Source of the DNA: Acidobacteriota bacterium
GTDB taxonomy: Bacteria > Acidobacteriota > Blastocatellia > RBC074
Assembly: GCA_037439425.1 (NCBI GenBank)
Contig: JBBIWA010000009.1
Span: 30,822 to 94,821 of the forward strand
Direction: 5' to 3'
DNA length: 64,000 bases
The notes under the pieces were generated by a model. That model was not told the DNA's origin and did no database searches. It was given only the letters and a program-made list of their open reading frames with translations. Shown piece after piece: positions 36,709-48,499 of the stretch (its first letter is position 1; every line of letters begins with the position of its first letter). Position numbers and translations under genes: made by a program.

Positions 36709-37845
36709 ATGAGAGAGCCTGACAATCAGCGTCCTACCTGGGCGGAAATCTCACTTCGCGCACTGAGACACAACTATCGCACGATCAAAGACCGCGTGGG
36801 CGAGAAGGTGCAGGTGATGGCAGTGGTCAAAGCCAACGCTTATGGGCACGGTGCGATCGAGTGTGCGCGCGCGCTCGAAGAAGTTGGGGCCGCCTGGTTC
36901 GGCGTGGCGCTGGTCGAAGAAGGGATAGCTCTGCGTCAGGCCGGGATTGTCCGGCCTATCTTCTGCTTGGGTGGGTTCTGGCGTGGCCAGGCCGAACTGA
37001 TTATCGCTCACGATCTCATCCCGGCGCTATTTCTGATAGATGCGGCTGAAGAACTAGAAGCGCGCGCGCGCGCAGCCGGGCGCGAGGTCAAATTTCATCT
37101 CAAAGTGGACACCGGTATGGGGCGGCTTGGTGTGACTTTAGGCGAGCTCGGGGAGTTCGCGCGTGCCCTCAAACGGTTCGGGCATCTCAAGCTTGATGGC
37201 CTGTGGACGCATTTTGCCGAAGCCGATACGCTGGAGTCTGACTATACCGAGATGCAGATTTCACGCTATTGCGAAGCGCTGCGCCTGCTGCGCGAGCTCG
37301 GTTTTACTCCCACCTTCCAGCATCTGGCCGGTAGCGCCGGCATTCATGCTCACCGCAGCGCGTGGGGTAATCTAGTGCGCGCGGGCGCAACGCTTTACGG
37401 TTTGACGCGTGACGTGCTGGCTCCGATTCCAGAACCGTTCGCAGTGCAACCGGTGATGTCTTTGCGCTCACGCATCACTTTTCTCAAGACTGTGCCAGCG
37501 GGGACCTCGATTGGATACGGTCGCACCTTCATCACCGCGCGCGAAAGTCGCATTGCCACACTACCAATTGGCTATGCTGATGGACTTCGGCGCGCGCTCT
37601 CGAATAAAGGCCGTGTGCTGGTGCGCGGCCAGTTAGCACCGATCGCCGGCCGGATAAGCATGGACCTGACCACCATAGACGTGACCGAGGTGGTTGACGT
37701 GGCGCTGGGCGATGAGGTGGTTCTGATTGGCGAGCAGGGCGGGATGAGCATCCGCGCTGAAGATCTCGCGGAGCTCTCCGACACTGTCTCTTACGAAATT
37801 GTGTCTGCTATCTCATCGCGCGTGCCTCGTGTCTACAGAGCTTAA
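36709..37845 (+). CDS. alr: Alanine racemase
   Basis: [11 protein letters not shown] carries the PLP-lysine motif. VPRVY at the C-terminus is typical. Confidence 0.85.
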   Translation: MREPDNQRPTWAEISLRALRHNYRTIKDRVGEKVQVMAVVKANAYGHGAIECARALEEVGAAWFGVALVEEGIALRQAGIVRPIFCLGGFWRGQAELIIAHDLIPALFLIDAAEELEARARAAGREVKFHLKVDTGMGRLGVTLGELGEFARALKRFGHLKLDGLWTHFAEADTLESDYTEMQISRYCEALRLLRELGFTPTFQHLAGSAGIHAHRSAWGNLVRAGATLYGLTRDVLAPIPEPFAVQPVMSLRSRITFLKTVPAGTSIGYGRTFITARESRIATLPIGYADGLRRALSNKGRVLVRGQLAPIAGRISMDLTTIDVTEVVDVALGDEVVLIGEQGGMSIRAEDLAELSDTVSYEIVSAISSRVPRVYRA

Positions 37846-37999
37846 GAAAATGAATGCCTGAAGCCCCTCAGGGGCGGCTACTGTCCATTCTCCACTGTTT
37901 TGCTGTATCAAAAGCGATGGGGAATGGACCGCTTGATAATGGCCGCTCCTGCAACCGCCTCAGCTCAAACATTTTCTTGCAGGCTATATCTGCGGCCCC

Positions 38000-38887
38000 A
38001 TGAGCTTGACCACAGACCTTTGGCCATTACTGAAAGAAACCTTTGAGAAATATCAGAAGGACGAAATCGGACAACTGGGCGCGGCGTTGGCTTACTATGC
38101 GATGTTCTCTCTCTTTCCGCTACTGTTGCTGTTGATTGCCGGGCTGGGATTTGTGCTGCGGTTCTGGAGCACTGCGATCAACGTACAGCAGGAGACTTTG
38201 AATGCCGCTGCGCGCGCTTTCTCGCCGCAGTTCAGTGAGACTCTAGGAGAGGTATTAGCAGGGGTAAAAGCGCAAGCAGGCACGGCCAGCTGGATTGGCG
38301 CGCTCACGCTCTTGATTGGCGCTTCAGGGATCTTTCATCAGCTTAACACCTGTTTCAATAAAATCTGGGCAGTCTCACCAGACCCGGCCTCATCTGGCAT
38401 TATCGGCTTTGTCTTATTCACACTTCGCCAGCGGCTCTTCGCGTTTCTGATCGTGTTGGCGATGGGCTTGCTAGTCCTCGTCTCGCTGATTTTGACTATC
38501 CTGGCGCGGTTGACTTTCAGCCTGCTGATGCCCCTTCCCTACTTCAGCAGCCTGGCAGCAACCGCGCTGGGACTGGTTATCACCCTGGCGCTCAACACAC
38601 TGATCTTCTGTCTGCTCTTCAAGTATCTACCGGAGACCGATGTGCGTTGGGGCGATGTCTGGGGCGGCGCGCTGGCTACGGCCCTGATTTGGGAGATAGC
38701 CAAGCGATTGCTGGCGCTATATCTCGAACGGAGCAGTTACCTGAGCGCCTATGGAGTCGTCGGGATAGTCTTGGTGTTGATGTTCTGGATCTACGCCAGC
38801 AGCCAGATCTTGTTTCTGGGTGCTGAGTTCACCAGCGTCTATGCTCGCAAGTACGGCAGCCGCGCCCCCAGACAGGCTGAAGGATAA
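38000..38887 (+). CDS. YihY/BrkB family inner-membrane protein
   Basis: LAYYAMFSLFPLLLLLIAGLGFVL and about six TM helices match the YihY (ribonuclease BN-like) family pattern. Confidence 0.8.
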   Translation: MSLTTDLWPLLKETFEKYQKDEIGQLGAALAYYAMFSLFPLLLLLIAGLGFVLRFWSTAINVQQETLNAAARAFSPQFSETLGEVLAGVKAQAGTASWIGALTLLIGASGIFHQLNTCFNKIWAVSPDPASSGIIGFVLFTLRQRLFAFLIVLAMGLLVLVSLILTILARLTFSLLMPLPYFSSLAATALGLVITLALNTLIFCLLFKYLPETDVRWGDVWGGALATALIWEIAKRLLALYLERSSYLSAYGVVGIVLVLMFWIYASSQILFLGAEFTSVYARKYGSRAPRQAEG

Positions 38888-39136
38888 GCGAAATACCATC
38901 CCTTAGCAGCTCCTCTCCGACGCAACCTCCGTTCTGGCCGAAAGCTGCATCCGACCAACAAAGGTAGCGGCAATGCCTAAACGGGCGCCTCCCCTTGACA
39001 GAGTAGAGGGAGGCAAGTAGACTTACCGGCCGGTAGGTAATAGAGCTGACTTCCAGGCGACTTGATCACACACCAGGATAGCAACCATCCCATCACGGGC
39101 TGGCTATAGATCAAAACCACATAGGAGGAAACTACG

Positions 39137-40246
39137 ATGAAAGAGTCAGGCAATTGGATCCTAGCCCTGGTCGGCGCCGTGATGGCGCTGATAGGGACCG
39201 TGAGCGCTCAGCAACAAGAAGAGCCTTTCCGTTTCCCTGGAGCACCCTGCAATATGCCCCCTTACCTGCACTGTCCCGACAGAGAGTGCTCAGGGGCTAC
39301 GGTAATCAACCAAGGAAATGTTGTCGAGATGAAGACGCGCCGCACCTATTTTCTCGATTATCCGTGCGATTTGAAGAAGGGTGAGAAGGTTACTTTCATT
39401 CTCAGTCTGCATGGCGGCGGTTCCTACGGGAATTGGCAGCGCCACTACTTCCCACTCCTGGATTATGTGGACAAGTATCGTCTGGTTGTCGCTACCCCGA
39501 ACTCCCCAACGCGGGCCTGGTCTACGGCCGATGATGAATACTTGCAGAACATCGTCAATTTCGTCATCGAGCAGATCGGCAAAGAGAACATCAAGGCCTT
39601 CTGGTTGGCTGGGCATTCGCAGGGCGGCATGACCGCCAACAGGCTCGTGCGGACGGACTTTTTTAAGGACAAAGTAGATGGCTGGCTCAGCCTGTCCGGC
39701 GGTCGTTTGGGCGGGAACCCTGGCCGCAGCGCAACCTTCTCTCCTGTTGGCGCTGGAGCTCCTTCCGCTGGTGCAGCCTCGGCTGGCGCTCCCGGCCGCC
39801 CGGGCAGCGGGGGCAGCAGTGCGATGGCATCAGCAATGGCAGCCCTGCGCGAGCTGCCTGAGGCCGATTTCTCGTTCATCTACACAACGGGCCAGCGCGA
39901 AATGGATGAGAAAGGCCTGCCCGAGAATTCTGACTGGGCCAAGAAATACTCTTGCGGTCCACGGCGTCTGCAAGGGGAGGTTGTGGATACCAAGGCCGGC
40001 TACGTCTATGACAGCACCAGGCTGAATCTATTGCGTCCGGGTTGGGGACTGCTGCCGGCGCCCGGCAAGGCTCAAGTCTTCGTCTATCCTGACTGCAAGG
40101 ACGGCCGAGTCGTGGCTGATGTCGTCCGCCTTGACAAGGGACACACCGAAGGACTCGAACCAAAAGTCACCGAAGAGCTCATCAAGCTGATGCTCTCGGC
40201 AAAAGGTGGCAAGCTTCAACAGGCCCGGTTGGCCCAAGAGAAATAA
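39137..40246 (+). CDS. Secreted alpha/beta-hydrolase, PHB-depolymerase-family esterase-like, with Ala/Gly/Pro-rich linker
   Basis: Signal peptide, then [15 protein letters not shown]...LVVATPNSP...[17 protein letters not shown] (GxSxG), then a low-complexity [23 protein letters not shown] segment. Confidence 0.6.
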   Translation: MKESGNWILALVGAVMALIGTVSAQQQEEPFRFPGAPCNMPPYLHCPDRECSGATVINQGNVVEMKTRRTYFLDYPCDLKKGEKVTFILSLHGGGSYGNWQRHYFPLLDYVDKYRLVVATPNSPTRAWSTADDEYLQNIVNFVIEQIGKENIKAFWLAGHSQGGMTANRLVRTDFFKDKVDGWLSLSGGRLGGNPGRSATFSPVGAGAPSAGAASAGAPGRPGSGGSSAMASAMAALRELPEADFSFIYTTGQREMDEKGLPENSDWAKKYSCGPRRLQGEVVDTKAGYVYDSTRLNLLRPGWGLLPAPGKAQVFVYPDCKDGRVVADVVRLDKGHTEGLEPKVTEELIKLMLSAKGGKLQQARLAQEK

Positions 40247-40650
40247 GTCATCCAGAGCTTGAGCTGGCGACAGCCTCCGGAGCCAGCAGGACGCTCCCCG
40301 ATCCCCGGACCGCGGAAGCTGCGTGAAGCGGTCCAGGGCCTAGTTAATTAAGCAGCGCGGCGCCTGCCGCACGTAAGCGCTCGTTTTTTGACTGGAAACG
40401 AACAGTAGCCAGGACTCGTTAGAGTCGACCCGTTAGGGTGGCTCACCATCTTAAAACGATGATCGAAGATCGCGAGCTTCTATCATCTACCTTCAATCTT
40501 CGTCTATCTGTGGTGAGTAATGTTCACCTCGGCCCGTGTTTTTGGTTACTGACATCTGCCACACTGTCCGTTTACGCGGCCGCAAGTCCTGTTTAATGGC
40601 AGACGACAGAGCCTGGAACTGGTGCCGCCGTTGCAGGGTGTGATGACCCA

Positions 40651-40696
40651 GATTCGGATTTCGGATTTCGGATTTAAATTCGCAATTCGAAATCCC
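40651..40696. repeat. Tandem octamer (ttcggatt x3) followed by aattcgcaattcgaaatcc. Related to the repeat at 17788-17862
   Basis: Seen directly. Forms a ggattt/aaatcc hairpin. Confidence 0.6.
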
Positions 40697-41431
40697 CAAA
40701 CGTAGTTCACCGGCCCGCCGCTGGATCACTGAGCCTCACTTGAGTGTTTTGCGAGAGAAAGGCAGTTATCAAACCGCCAGTTTGATAACTTTCCTTATTC
40801 CTCTCGCGCCGCGCACTCAACACGCATCGCCACCGCACGGCATGAACGCTCCATCTCTTTGCAGTCTTGATTGTCCCTGCCACCAAGCTAGACGACGAAC
40901 CGGCTCTTGTGAAGGAACCACCTAACTCAATCCGCATAAGACTAAATCAGGGCAACAGAGATGGGGGCACCAGGTTTCACGCAAAGGCGCAAAGTTCGAA
41001 GGGCGGTGCCCCAATCTTGCGTGCTTCGACTTATAGCGGTCTTCACTCGGATCAGGAGAGGACCACTTAAGCCTTTGGCTCTCCACCATGGCTGAAAAGA
41101 GTGTTATTCTGCTCCCGGCCAGAAAGAATAAGAGCGGTTAGTGGCTGGCGCCGGGTTCTGCTCCACAAGCTCGCCACGAAAGCGGTAGCGCGTTTGACTG
41201 GGCTGCTGGCTGATGCGGTGTGGGGCCGGAAAAAGAAGTCAAGGCCCTCGCCAATTCGGTCGCTGCGGCCTACTTGCGTCTGGGCCCGGGGAGGCGCCGC
41301 CTCCCAGCACAAAGCCTTGATCAAACGCGCTCACTGGGCTTTAATCCGCTGCAGCCTCGGGCAGCGAGCTTCGTTCATCAAGCCTGATTGCCTGAAGGCT
41401 GCGGAACCTGTTTTCTGAAGAGTTGTCCCGT

Positions 41432-41497
41432 GCCACTGGCGCAGCGCGGGAGAAAGGATGAAAGGTCCGCAGGTCTGATTTTCTGAGGGGGCTGTTA
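41432..41497 (+). repeat. Type-1b repeat variant fragment (gcagcgcgggagaaaggatgaaaggtccgcaggtctgattttctgag)
   Basis: Matches the reverse complement of 44296..44345 and resembles the 5' module of type-1 units. Confidence 0.65.
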
Positions 41498-41685
41498 TTC
41501 CTGAACCAATCACCAGAGGGAAATTCGGAGCTGTGGTCGGGTTGGCCTTGTTGCTGGATGTAGTAGTTTACCTCTACACCGAAAGCGCTGGCGCTGCTGC
41601 GCGCGACGCTGGTAGGAATAGCCGCGATCTGGTTCCTACGTCACTACAGCCAGGGCGATAATTAGCAAACTCCGGTTAGTACGAG

Positions 41686-44292
41686 ATGAGGCTCAGAAAG
41701 AAAGAACTTCTCCTCTTCGTTCTCTGGGTGAGCGGGGCGATCTTCGCGGTGAAGCTCAGCCACGCGACGCTCACCAGACCAGCGTCACTGCTTGCCATTC
41801 ACGAGATTCAGGGCAGCGGCCCTACTTCTCCTCTCCTCGGTCAAACAGTCACGACTAGCGGTATTGTCACGGGCCTTAAAAGCAACGGCTTTTTCATTCA
41901 AACGCCGGAAGCTAACGTGGATGGCAATCCGAACACCTCTGAAGGCATCTTCGTCTTCACCTCCAGCGCGCCACCTGCGGCCGCCGTGATCGGCAATCTC
42001 GTGACAGTGACCGGCACGGTCCAGGAGTTTGTTCCGGCATCCGATCCTTCCAGTCCCCCTTTAACTGAGCTTGCTGGCTCAATCACCGTGACGGTGGTGT
42101 CAACTGGCAACGCGCTGCCAGCCCCGATCAGGCTCACTGCGGCTGAGACCAGCCCGGCTGGTTCCCTCGAGCAACTAGAAAAGTACGAAGGCATGCGTGT
42201 GCGCGTAGACTCGCTCACTGTGATTTCGCCAACTCAGGGTTTCGTCAATGAAACCACTGCCACCGGGTCTTCAAATGGCATCTTCTTCGGCGTGATCACT
42301 GGTGTAGCAAGGCCCTTTCGTGAGCCGGGGATTGAAGCGCCCGAGGCGATTCCTTCATCGCCCTGTTGCCTTGCCCGCTTTGATGGGAATCCGGAACGGC
42401 TGCGCGTTGACAGCGACGCGCAGCCCGGTGCCCTCAGGCTTGAAGTAACCAGCGGAGCCATTGTCACCAATCTGACGGGGCTGCTCGATTACGGCTCGCG
42501 CGCTTACACCATCCTGCCCGATGCCGCAACGCCACCAACGGTCACAGGCCAAACCAGCGCCACTGCTGTTCCTGCTCCCACGCCAGATGAGTTCACCGTG
42601 GCCTCGTTCAATCTGCAGCGCTTCTTTGACGATCAAAATGATCCGGCGCTCAGCGAGCCAGTGCTGACCACGACGGCATTCAATAACCGGCTGAACAAAG
42701 CTTCGCTGGCGATTCGCCAGATCTTGCGCTCACCTGACATCATCGGCGTTCAGGAGGTTGAAAACCTGACCACGCTGCAAGCCATCGCCAGCAAAATCAA
42801 CAATGATGCCGTCGCAGCCGGTGATCTCAATCCGAACTATCAGGCTTATCTCAACGAAGGCAATGATCCCGGTGGCATTGATGTTGGCTTCCTAGTTAAA
42901 GGCGCGCGCGTCACTGTCGCTGAGGTGACGCAGGTAGGCAAGACTGAAACCTTCACCAATCCCCACACCGGGATGCCAGAAACAACTCATGACCGGCCGC
43001 CGCTCATCTTGCGCGCCATGATCGAGTCGCCGAGCGGCGCGCCATTCCCAATCACAGTTATCGTCAATCATCTGCGCTCGCTTTCAGGCATCAATGACAC
43101 GGCCGATGGCGCTCGCGTGCGCGCCAAGCGGCGCGCGCAAGCTGAGTTTCTGGCCAGGCTGATCCAGTCGCGGCAAGCGGCGGACCCGAATGAGCACATA
43201 ATTTCTCTGGGCGATTACAATGCCTTTCAGTTCAATGACGGTTATGTAGATGTCATCGGCGCGATCAAAGGACTGCCGGCACCGGCCGAGACGGTGCTGC
43301 TTGCGAGCAGCGATCTGGTTGGTCCCGATCTCACCGATCTGGTCGAGCAGGTCAATGCCGAGCAGCGATATTCCTACCTTTTCGGCGGCAACGCCCAGGT
43401 GCTGGATCATATTCTGATCACAGCGAATCTGCTCACCCGAGTAAGCCGCATCAGTTTTGCGCGCAGCAATGCGGACTTCCCTGAATCTATGCGCGGCGAT
43501 GCGCGGCGACCTGAGCGCCTCTCGGATCACGACGCGCCCGTGGCATATTTCAAGTTCACTCCGGCAGTTGACTTTGTAGCGAGCGTCTCAGCCGCTAATT
43601 ACCTGGGTACAGAGCTAGCGAGTGAAGCTATCGTTGCAGCGTTTGGCACAGGGTTAGCCACTGCCACCGAAGCCGCGACCGGACTGCCGCTTCCGACCGT
43701 GCTGGCTGGCACAACCGTGAAAGTGACTGACCGCAGGGGTGCAGAACGCTTAGCTCCGCTTTTTTTCGTCTCTCCCACTCAGGTCAATTACCTGATCCCG
43801 CCAGGAACCGAGGTGGGAACGGCCACATTTAGCATCACCACCAGTGAGGGGAAGACTACGACAGGCACGATCCAGATCGCCTCTGTAGCTCCAGGGCTCT
43901 TCACTGCCAATGCTGATGGACAAGGCACAGCCGCTGCTTACCTGCTGCGCGTCAAAGCTGATAACTCGCAGACGACCGAACCGGTCGCGCAATACAGCGC
44001 CGTGCAGAACAAGTTTGTCGCTGTGCCGATAGACCTAGGACCGGAAACCGATCAGGTGTTCCTCGTCCTCTTCGGCACGGGGCTGCGCTTTCGCAGCGAT
44101 CTTTCAGCCGTGCTTGCGGGCATTGGCGGCGTGAAAGCAGAGGTGCTCTATGCTGGAGCGCAAGGCAGTTTCGTAGGCCTGGATCAGATCAATCTGCCTA
44201 TTCCACGCAGCTTGATCGGGCGTGGTGAAGTGGATGTGGTATTGACGGTGGATGGCAAAACGGCCAATGTGGTCAAGATCCATATCAAGTGA
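41686..44292 (+). CDS. ExeM/NucH-family extracellular endonuclease (lamin-tail-like N-domain plus endonuclease/exonuclease/phosphatase domain) with C-terminal Solibacter/Acidobacteria-type domain (TIGR03437-like)
   Basis: [56 protein letters not shown] is the ExeM/NucH N-terminus. [14 protein letters not shown]...IIGVQEVEN...SDHDAPV is the EEP domain. The C-terminus ...[49 protein letters not shown] matches what I recall of TIGR03437. Confidence 0.75.
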   Translation: MRLRKKELLLFVLWVSGAIFAVKLSHATLTRPASLLAIHEIQGSGPTSPLLGQTVTTSGIVTGLKSNGFFIQTPEANVDGNPNTSEGIFVFTSSAPPAAAVIGNLVTVTGTVQEFVPASDPSSPPLTELAGSITVTVVSTGNALPAPIRLTAAETSPAGSLEQLEKYEGMRVRVDSLTVISPTQGFVNETTATGSSNGIFFGVITGVARPFREPGIEAPEAIPSSPCCLARFDGNPERLRVDSDAQPGALRLEVTSGAIVTNLTGLLDYGSRAYTILPDAATPPTVTGQTSATAVPAPTPDEFTVASFNLQRFFDDQNDPALSEPVLTTTAFNNRLNKASLAIRQILRSPDIIGVQEVENLTTLQAIASKINNDAVAAGDLNPNYQAYLNEGNDPGGIDVGFLVKGARVTVAEVTQVGKTETFTNPHTGMPETTHDRPPLILRAMIESPSGAPFPITVIVNHLRSLSGINDTADGARVRAKRRAQAEFLARLIQSRQAADPNEHIISLGDYNAFQFNDGYVDVIGAIKGLPAPAETVLLASSDLVGPDLTDLVEQVNAEQRYSYLFGGNAQVLDHILITANLLTRVSRISFARSNADFPESMRGDARRPERLSDHDAPVAYFKFTPAVDFVASVSAANYLGTELASEAIVAAFGTGLATATEAATGLPLPTVLAGTTVKVTDRRGAERLAPLFFVSPTQVNYLIPPGTEVGTATFSITTSEGKTTTGTIQIASVAPGLFTANADGQGTAAAYLLRVKADNSQTTEPVAQYSAVQNKFVAVPIDLGPETDQVFLVLFGTGLRFRSDLSAVLAGIGGVKAEVLYAGAQGSFVGLDQINLPIPRSLIGRGEVDVVLTVDGKTANVVKIHIK

Positions 44293-44295
44293 AGG

Positions 44296-44470
44296 CCTTT
44301 TCTCGGAAAATCAGACCTGCGGACTTTTCCTCCTTTCTCCCACGCTGCGCGGGCAGCATGCAGAGCTCCTCGGAAGAGCCTGGGAGCGCACGCATCCTTG
44401 CGTGCTGCGGCTTCGATCAGCGGGCTGCTGCCTGAAACCTGGCACGCTAGAAGCGCGCGCTCCCAGAAGC
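44296..44470 (-). repeat. Composite type-1 repeat (one full unit plus a type-1b partial unit) in reverse orientation, between convergent genes
   Basis: The reverse complement of 44378..44470 aligns with unit C2 (cctgggt..gcacgcttctagcgtgc...gcacgcaaggatgcgtgcgctcccagg). The reverse complement of 44296..44378 aligns with the copy at 41432. Confidence 0.8.
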
Positions 44471-44555
44471 CTTTATTGTTTTCTCCCGCCTGGCACAAGC
44501 GACCCGAACGACTCCGCCGGAATGTCACGCAAACTCGCCGCTTGCGCCCTCACTC

Positions 44556-47500
44556 CTAGAATTTGAGCTTGAGGGCGAATTGGAAGTTGCGCATCGGGTC
44601 ATTGCCAAAGAAGGCGGTTGAGTTGATCACCCCCGCATTCGGGTTAGGGTTAGCCGGATTGCCGATGAACGACTCGGGATTGCCCAAGTTGGCGCGGTTG
44701 AAGAAATTCACCGACTCAATGCGAAACTCCAGTTCAGTGGTCTCGGTGAATTTGAACTTCTTGAAGAGTGAAGCATCGGTCCGCCAGTAGCCAGGGCCAC
44801 GCAGCGAGTTTCTCCGCATGTTGCCGAATGTGCCGACCGCCGGTTTGCTGAAGACACCTACTGGGTTGAAGTACCGGATGTCGCCGCGGCTGTCGCGGGT
44901 GACCTCAGTCTTCAACTCGCCGCTGATGTTCGGACGGCAGCTGCCCGTATCCACGATGCCGCTTGTGTCATAGCAGATATCGAAGGGCAAGCCACTCTGA
45001 ATTGTGGTGTTCGAGTTGAACTGCCAACCGCCGATGAAGAAATCGGCCGCGCGCGAGATGTTACCAAGGAAGCGCTTGCCTTTACCGATTGGCAACTCCC
45101 ACACCTGCGAGAGGACGAAGTTGTGTGTCCGCTCCCAGCTCGCTGGCCCGCGGTTGAGGTTGGCGTCAAAGAAGAAGTAGCTGGCGTCATCCTGAATCGC
45201 GCGCTGCAGAGTGTAGTGTGCCAGGATCGAGTAGCCCTGCGAGAAGCGCTTCTCAGCCTTGACTTGGAGCGAGTCATAGCGGTTGTCAGAGCAGTTGCAG
45301 AAGTAATCAATTCCCTGCGTCCAACCAAACTTCTGGAAGAAGGGTTTAGCCAGGTTGCTGTTGCGGCCCGGAGTGAAACCTGTGATCGGCACCTGGTTGA
45401 AGTTAATCGCTGGACCATCACCCGCAAACACGTGCGTGCCCTTGTTGCCGACGTAACCCACTTCGAATGAGATGGTATCGGTCAACTGGTGCTGCACGAT
45501 CACATTGTAGGCGTCCACACTGGGCAAGCGCTGCTTATCTGGTAGGAGACGCGTGAAGACGCCGTCGGGGAGGAAGAATTTGCCGTCTGCGGGCAGCGTG
45601 GCGTTCGGCGTGCCGCCCTGATTAGGTGGTCTGTTAAGGCCAAAGAAATTGGTGAAAGCTGGCGGCCCTTGCGCAAGCGTGAAGGCGCTGCGGAACGGGC
45701 CCGGATTAAGCTGCTGTACGGCGAGCACTGGCAGGTTTTGCGTCACCGAGTGGCCAAAGAGCGAGCCGAAGACGCCGATGTCATAACTGCGCCCGTAGCC
45801 AGCGCGAATTACCGTCTTCTCGGTCAGTTTGTAGGCGAGCGCTATGCGCGGGGCAAAGTTGACGCTGTTTTCTACGTTGCCGTTGAGATCAGTGTCGCCG
45901 ATACCCACGGTACGGATCTGTCCCGTCTCGACGCTCAAAAAGCCTGCATTGCCTGGCTTGTTGATCGACTGCGGATTGATGATATCCAGGCGCAAGCCAT
46001 AGTTGATGGTCAACTTCGGAGTAGCACGCCAGGTGTCTTGGCCATAGTAGAAGTGGCGCCACTGCCGTTCACGCGCATCAGTGTTCGAGCTGATATAGCG
46101 CCCAAAGAAAGTCACGTCGCCCAGCAGGAAGGTCGCCAGTCCCAGACCGCCGCCCAATGTGGGATGGGCTGTGCCCAAGCGGCTGAAGGAGAGCTCGCCC
46201 GCGCGATGAACATCGCTCGGTACACGCAGGTTGTAAGCGCGGCGCACATCCACACCGAACTTGAAAGTGTGGTTGCCGTAAAACCTGGTCGTGTTACTAA
46301 CGAACTGGAGCTGATTCTCATCCTGATCGAGCGGACAGTTGCAACGGTTGACGCCGAGGCCGGAGCCGAAGTTGAAACCGCTGTCTGGCCCATCCACGAA
46401 ACCAGCAAACAGACCTGAGCTGAAGTCATCCAGATTCAGACCTGGCACACCTGCATCAGCCGCTGTCCTCTTGCCGAAATCGAAAGGCAGTACATTGACC
46501 TTATAGCGGAAGAACCCGAACCGGAAGTCGGTGACCCAGGCCGGTGACCAGACATAGTCAAAACCATAGGCTACACTCTGGTTGCGCACCTTCGAGGTGC
46601 CCCCGAGCGAGACTAACTCTTGGCCACCACCTGCGCCGAAAGCCGTCGGACCGTTGCGATCAAAGTCAGCGAAGCTGTAGCGCCCGAAGGTGTTGAATTT
46701 TTCGCTGAGCTTGGCATCAATGCGCACGTCAAAGCTATCCTTGTCGAAGCCCTCGATACCCGAGGCTACGTAGTTATCCACCGTGCCATTTAACCGCCCC
46801 GGGGCGTTCGGTAGCGGGATCAACTTCAAGATGTTGAGTGCTTGCTGGGAAAGTCGCGCTGGGGGAATCCTATTGCCAGCAAACGGCGTCCGGTTGATGA
46901 GGTTGCCCCCAGCATCGAAGACTGAGGTAGCCGGATCGTAGATGGTCTGGCCGTAGGCGCTCAGATCACCCTGGCGCGCTGCTTGAGTCGGTACGCTCAA
47001 AAGCCTCGAACCGCCGGTCTTGCTGCGCAGCCCCTCATAGTCACCGAAGAAGAAGAACCTATTTTTGATAATCGGCCCGCCGATAGATCCGCCGAACTGA
47101 TTGCGCAGCGTATCGGGGATGAATTTGTTGGTCAGACTATTCCTCTGGGCTTGCGAGAAGGGATTGCGCGCCTGGAACTCATCATTCTGCCGGAAGAGGA
47201 AGGCGCTGCCGTGAAATTCATTCGTGCCCGACTTGGTTTGCACCGAAACTACACCGGCAATGGCCTGGCCGAACTCAGCATCGTAGTTCTGCGAAGTGAT
47301 CTTGGTCTCGCCAATGGCCTCGAAGTTCGGGTTGATGACGATGATGCCGAGAATCGGATCACGGTTTTCAGTCCCATCGAGCTGGTAGCCAGTCCCGCTG
47401 AAGTGCTGGCCATTGACCATGGTCTGAATTGACCCTTGTGGGTTCTCGCTCGCAGCGTGCTGCCACTGCAACTGTTGCGTGCCGGGTGTGAGCAGGATAA

Positions 47501-47975
47501 AGCGGGTGAAGTTACGGTCGAGAATCGGCAGGTCAGTGATCTGCTTCGTCTCGAAGGTCACGGCCACGTCAGCGCGGTCGGTCTTCAGCAGTGGCGCTTC
47601 TGTTGTGATCGTGACCTCTTCGGTGATCTGACCCGGTTGCAACTGAAGGTTGGCTTCTGAAGCCCGGTCCACATTGACCACCACTGTCTCAATCACACCA
47701 GCCTTGAAGCCCTGGGCCTCGACCTTGACGCGATAGGTGCCTGGAAGCAGGCGCGTGTAGTTATAGTTTCCACTGCTATTGGTTTGTGTGGTGAAACTGA
47801 GGTTCTTGCTTGTGTCTGTGATCGTCACGGTCGCGTTCGGAATCGCGGCCCCTGACTGATCGGTTACTGTGCCAAAGATGCTGCCGTAGACTGCCTGCCC
47901 AAGTAGCTGGCCGGGCCAGAAGACAACGCCCAGCAAAAGGCATAAAGCAACCAGAGATAATTTCTCAAGTGCTTT
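44556..47975 (-). CDS. TonB-dependent receptor, Oar-like (CarboxypepD_reg-like N-terminal domain, plug, 22-strand barrel)
   Basis: Signal peptide, then VYGSIFGTVTDQSGAAIPNATVTITDTSKNLSFTTQTNSSGNYNYTRLLPGTYRVKV (carboxypeptidase regulatory-like fold), then a long beta-barrel ending in the aromatic terminal residue F. Start set at MKALEKL (GGAGGG 7 nt upstream). Confidence 0.85.
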   Translation of the reverse strand, partial: KALEKLSLVALCLLLGVVFWPGQLLGQAVYGSIFGTVTDQSGAAIPNATVTITDTSKNLSFTTQTNSSGNYNYTRLLPGTYRVKVEAQGFKAGVIETVVVNVDRASEANLQLQPGQITEEVTITTEAPLLKTDRADVAVTFETKQITDLPILDRNFTRFILLTPGTQQLQWQHAASENPQGSIQTMVNGQHFSGTGYQLDGTENRDPILGIIVINPNFEAIGETKITSQNYDAEFGQAIAGVVSVQTKSGTNEFHGSAFLFRQNDEFQARNPFSQAQRNSLTNKFIPDTLRNQFGGSIGGPIIKNRFFFFGDYEGLRSKTGGSRLLSVPTQAARQGDLSAYGQTIYDPATSVFDAGGNLINRTPFAGNRIPPARLSQQALNILKLIPLPNAPGRLNGTVDNYVASGIEGFDKDSFDVRIDAKLSEKFNTFGRYSFADFDRNGPTAFGAGGGQELVSLGGTSKVRNQSVAYGFDYVWSPAWVTDFRFGFFRYKVNVLPFDFGKRTAADAGVPGLNLDDFSSGLFAGFVDGPDSGFNFGSGLGVNRCNCPLDQDENQLQFVSNTTRFYGNHTFKFGVDVRRAYNLRVPSDVHRAGELSFSRLGTAHPTLGGGLGLATFLLGDVTFFGRYISSNTDARERQWRHFYYGQDTWRATPKLTINYGLRLDIINPQSINKPGNAGFLSVETGQIRTVGIGDTDLNGNVENSVNFAPRIALAYKLTEKTVIRAGYGRSYDIGVFGSLFGHSVTQNLPVLAVQQLNPGPFRSAFTLAQGPPAFTNFFGLNRPPNQGGTPNATLPADGKFFLPDGVFTRLLPDKQRLPSVDAYNVIVQHQLTDTISFEVGYVGNKGTHVFAGDGPAINFNQVPITGFTPGRNSNLAKPFFQKFGWTQGIDYFCNCSDNRYDSLQVKAEKRFSQGYSILAHYTLQRAIQDDASYFFFDANLNRGPASWERTHNFVLSQVWELPIGKGKRFLGNISRAADFFIGGWQFNSNTTIQSGLPFDICYDTSGIVDTGSCRPNISGELKTEVTRDSRGDIRYFNPVGVFSKPAVGTFGNMRRNSLRGPGYWRTDASLFKKFKFTETTELEFRIESVNFFNRANLGNPESFIGNPANPNPNAGVINSTAFFGNDPMRNFQFALKLKF

Positions 47976-48499
47976 CATCACAATACCCTCCTGTTGATGA
48001 TCGAAGTTTGACACTCCAACATCGAGATTGGACTCGAGACCTCTGAGGTCTCAAGCATCACCTGAACCATTATCTTTTAGGAATCAGGAATGTTCGAGTG
48101 ATTGCTTATTGGCTCACGACCCGTTAGTCGAGAGCTAGTGTCATCCCAGCAGGAAGCGTTGAAGTCTTCAGCTCAGGGTTGTGCTTTCAGTGTGTCTCCT
48201 GAAGACCGTATTGTTAGTTCTAAACAGCGTCCCTTATCTCTCATGGAACCTGCTTGTAGATGCAACCATTCTAAACGCCCGTCTTGCTCCAGGTCAACGG
48301 ACCGAAAAAAACACCACTTCAACCCGTTTCAGACCTAAATGCTTTCAGAGCCCTGCTATAGCGGCCAGGATAAGATACGCTCCTCCGGGTTGGCGCCGGA
48401 AGTTAAGCGGCGTATAATACGGTTACTCTCTCTGGGTTCAGAGTCTTAAGGGAGAATCCGATCACCGGTTACATACGGGTTGTAACCCTCTCTTTTCTG

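Noticed and set aside
44296-44345. RNase P RNA-like motif (gaggaaaagtccg on the minus strand, also gatgaaaggtccg at 41452)
   Set aside because: The similarity is limited to about 12 nt and lies inside the type-1b repeat copies. The other universally conserved RNase P regions are absent.
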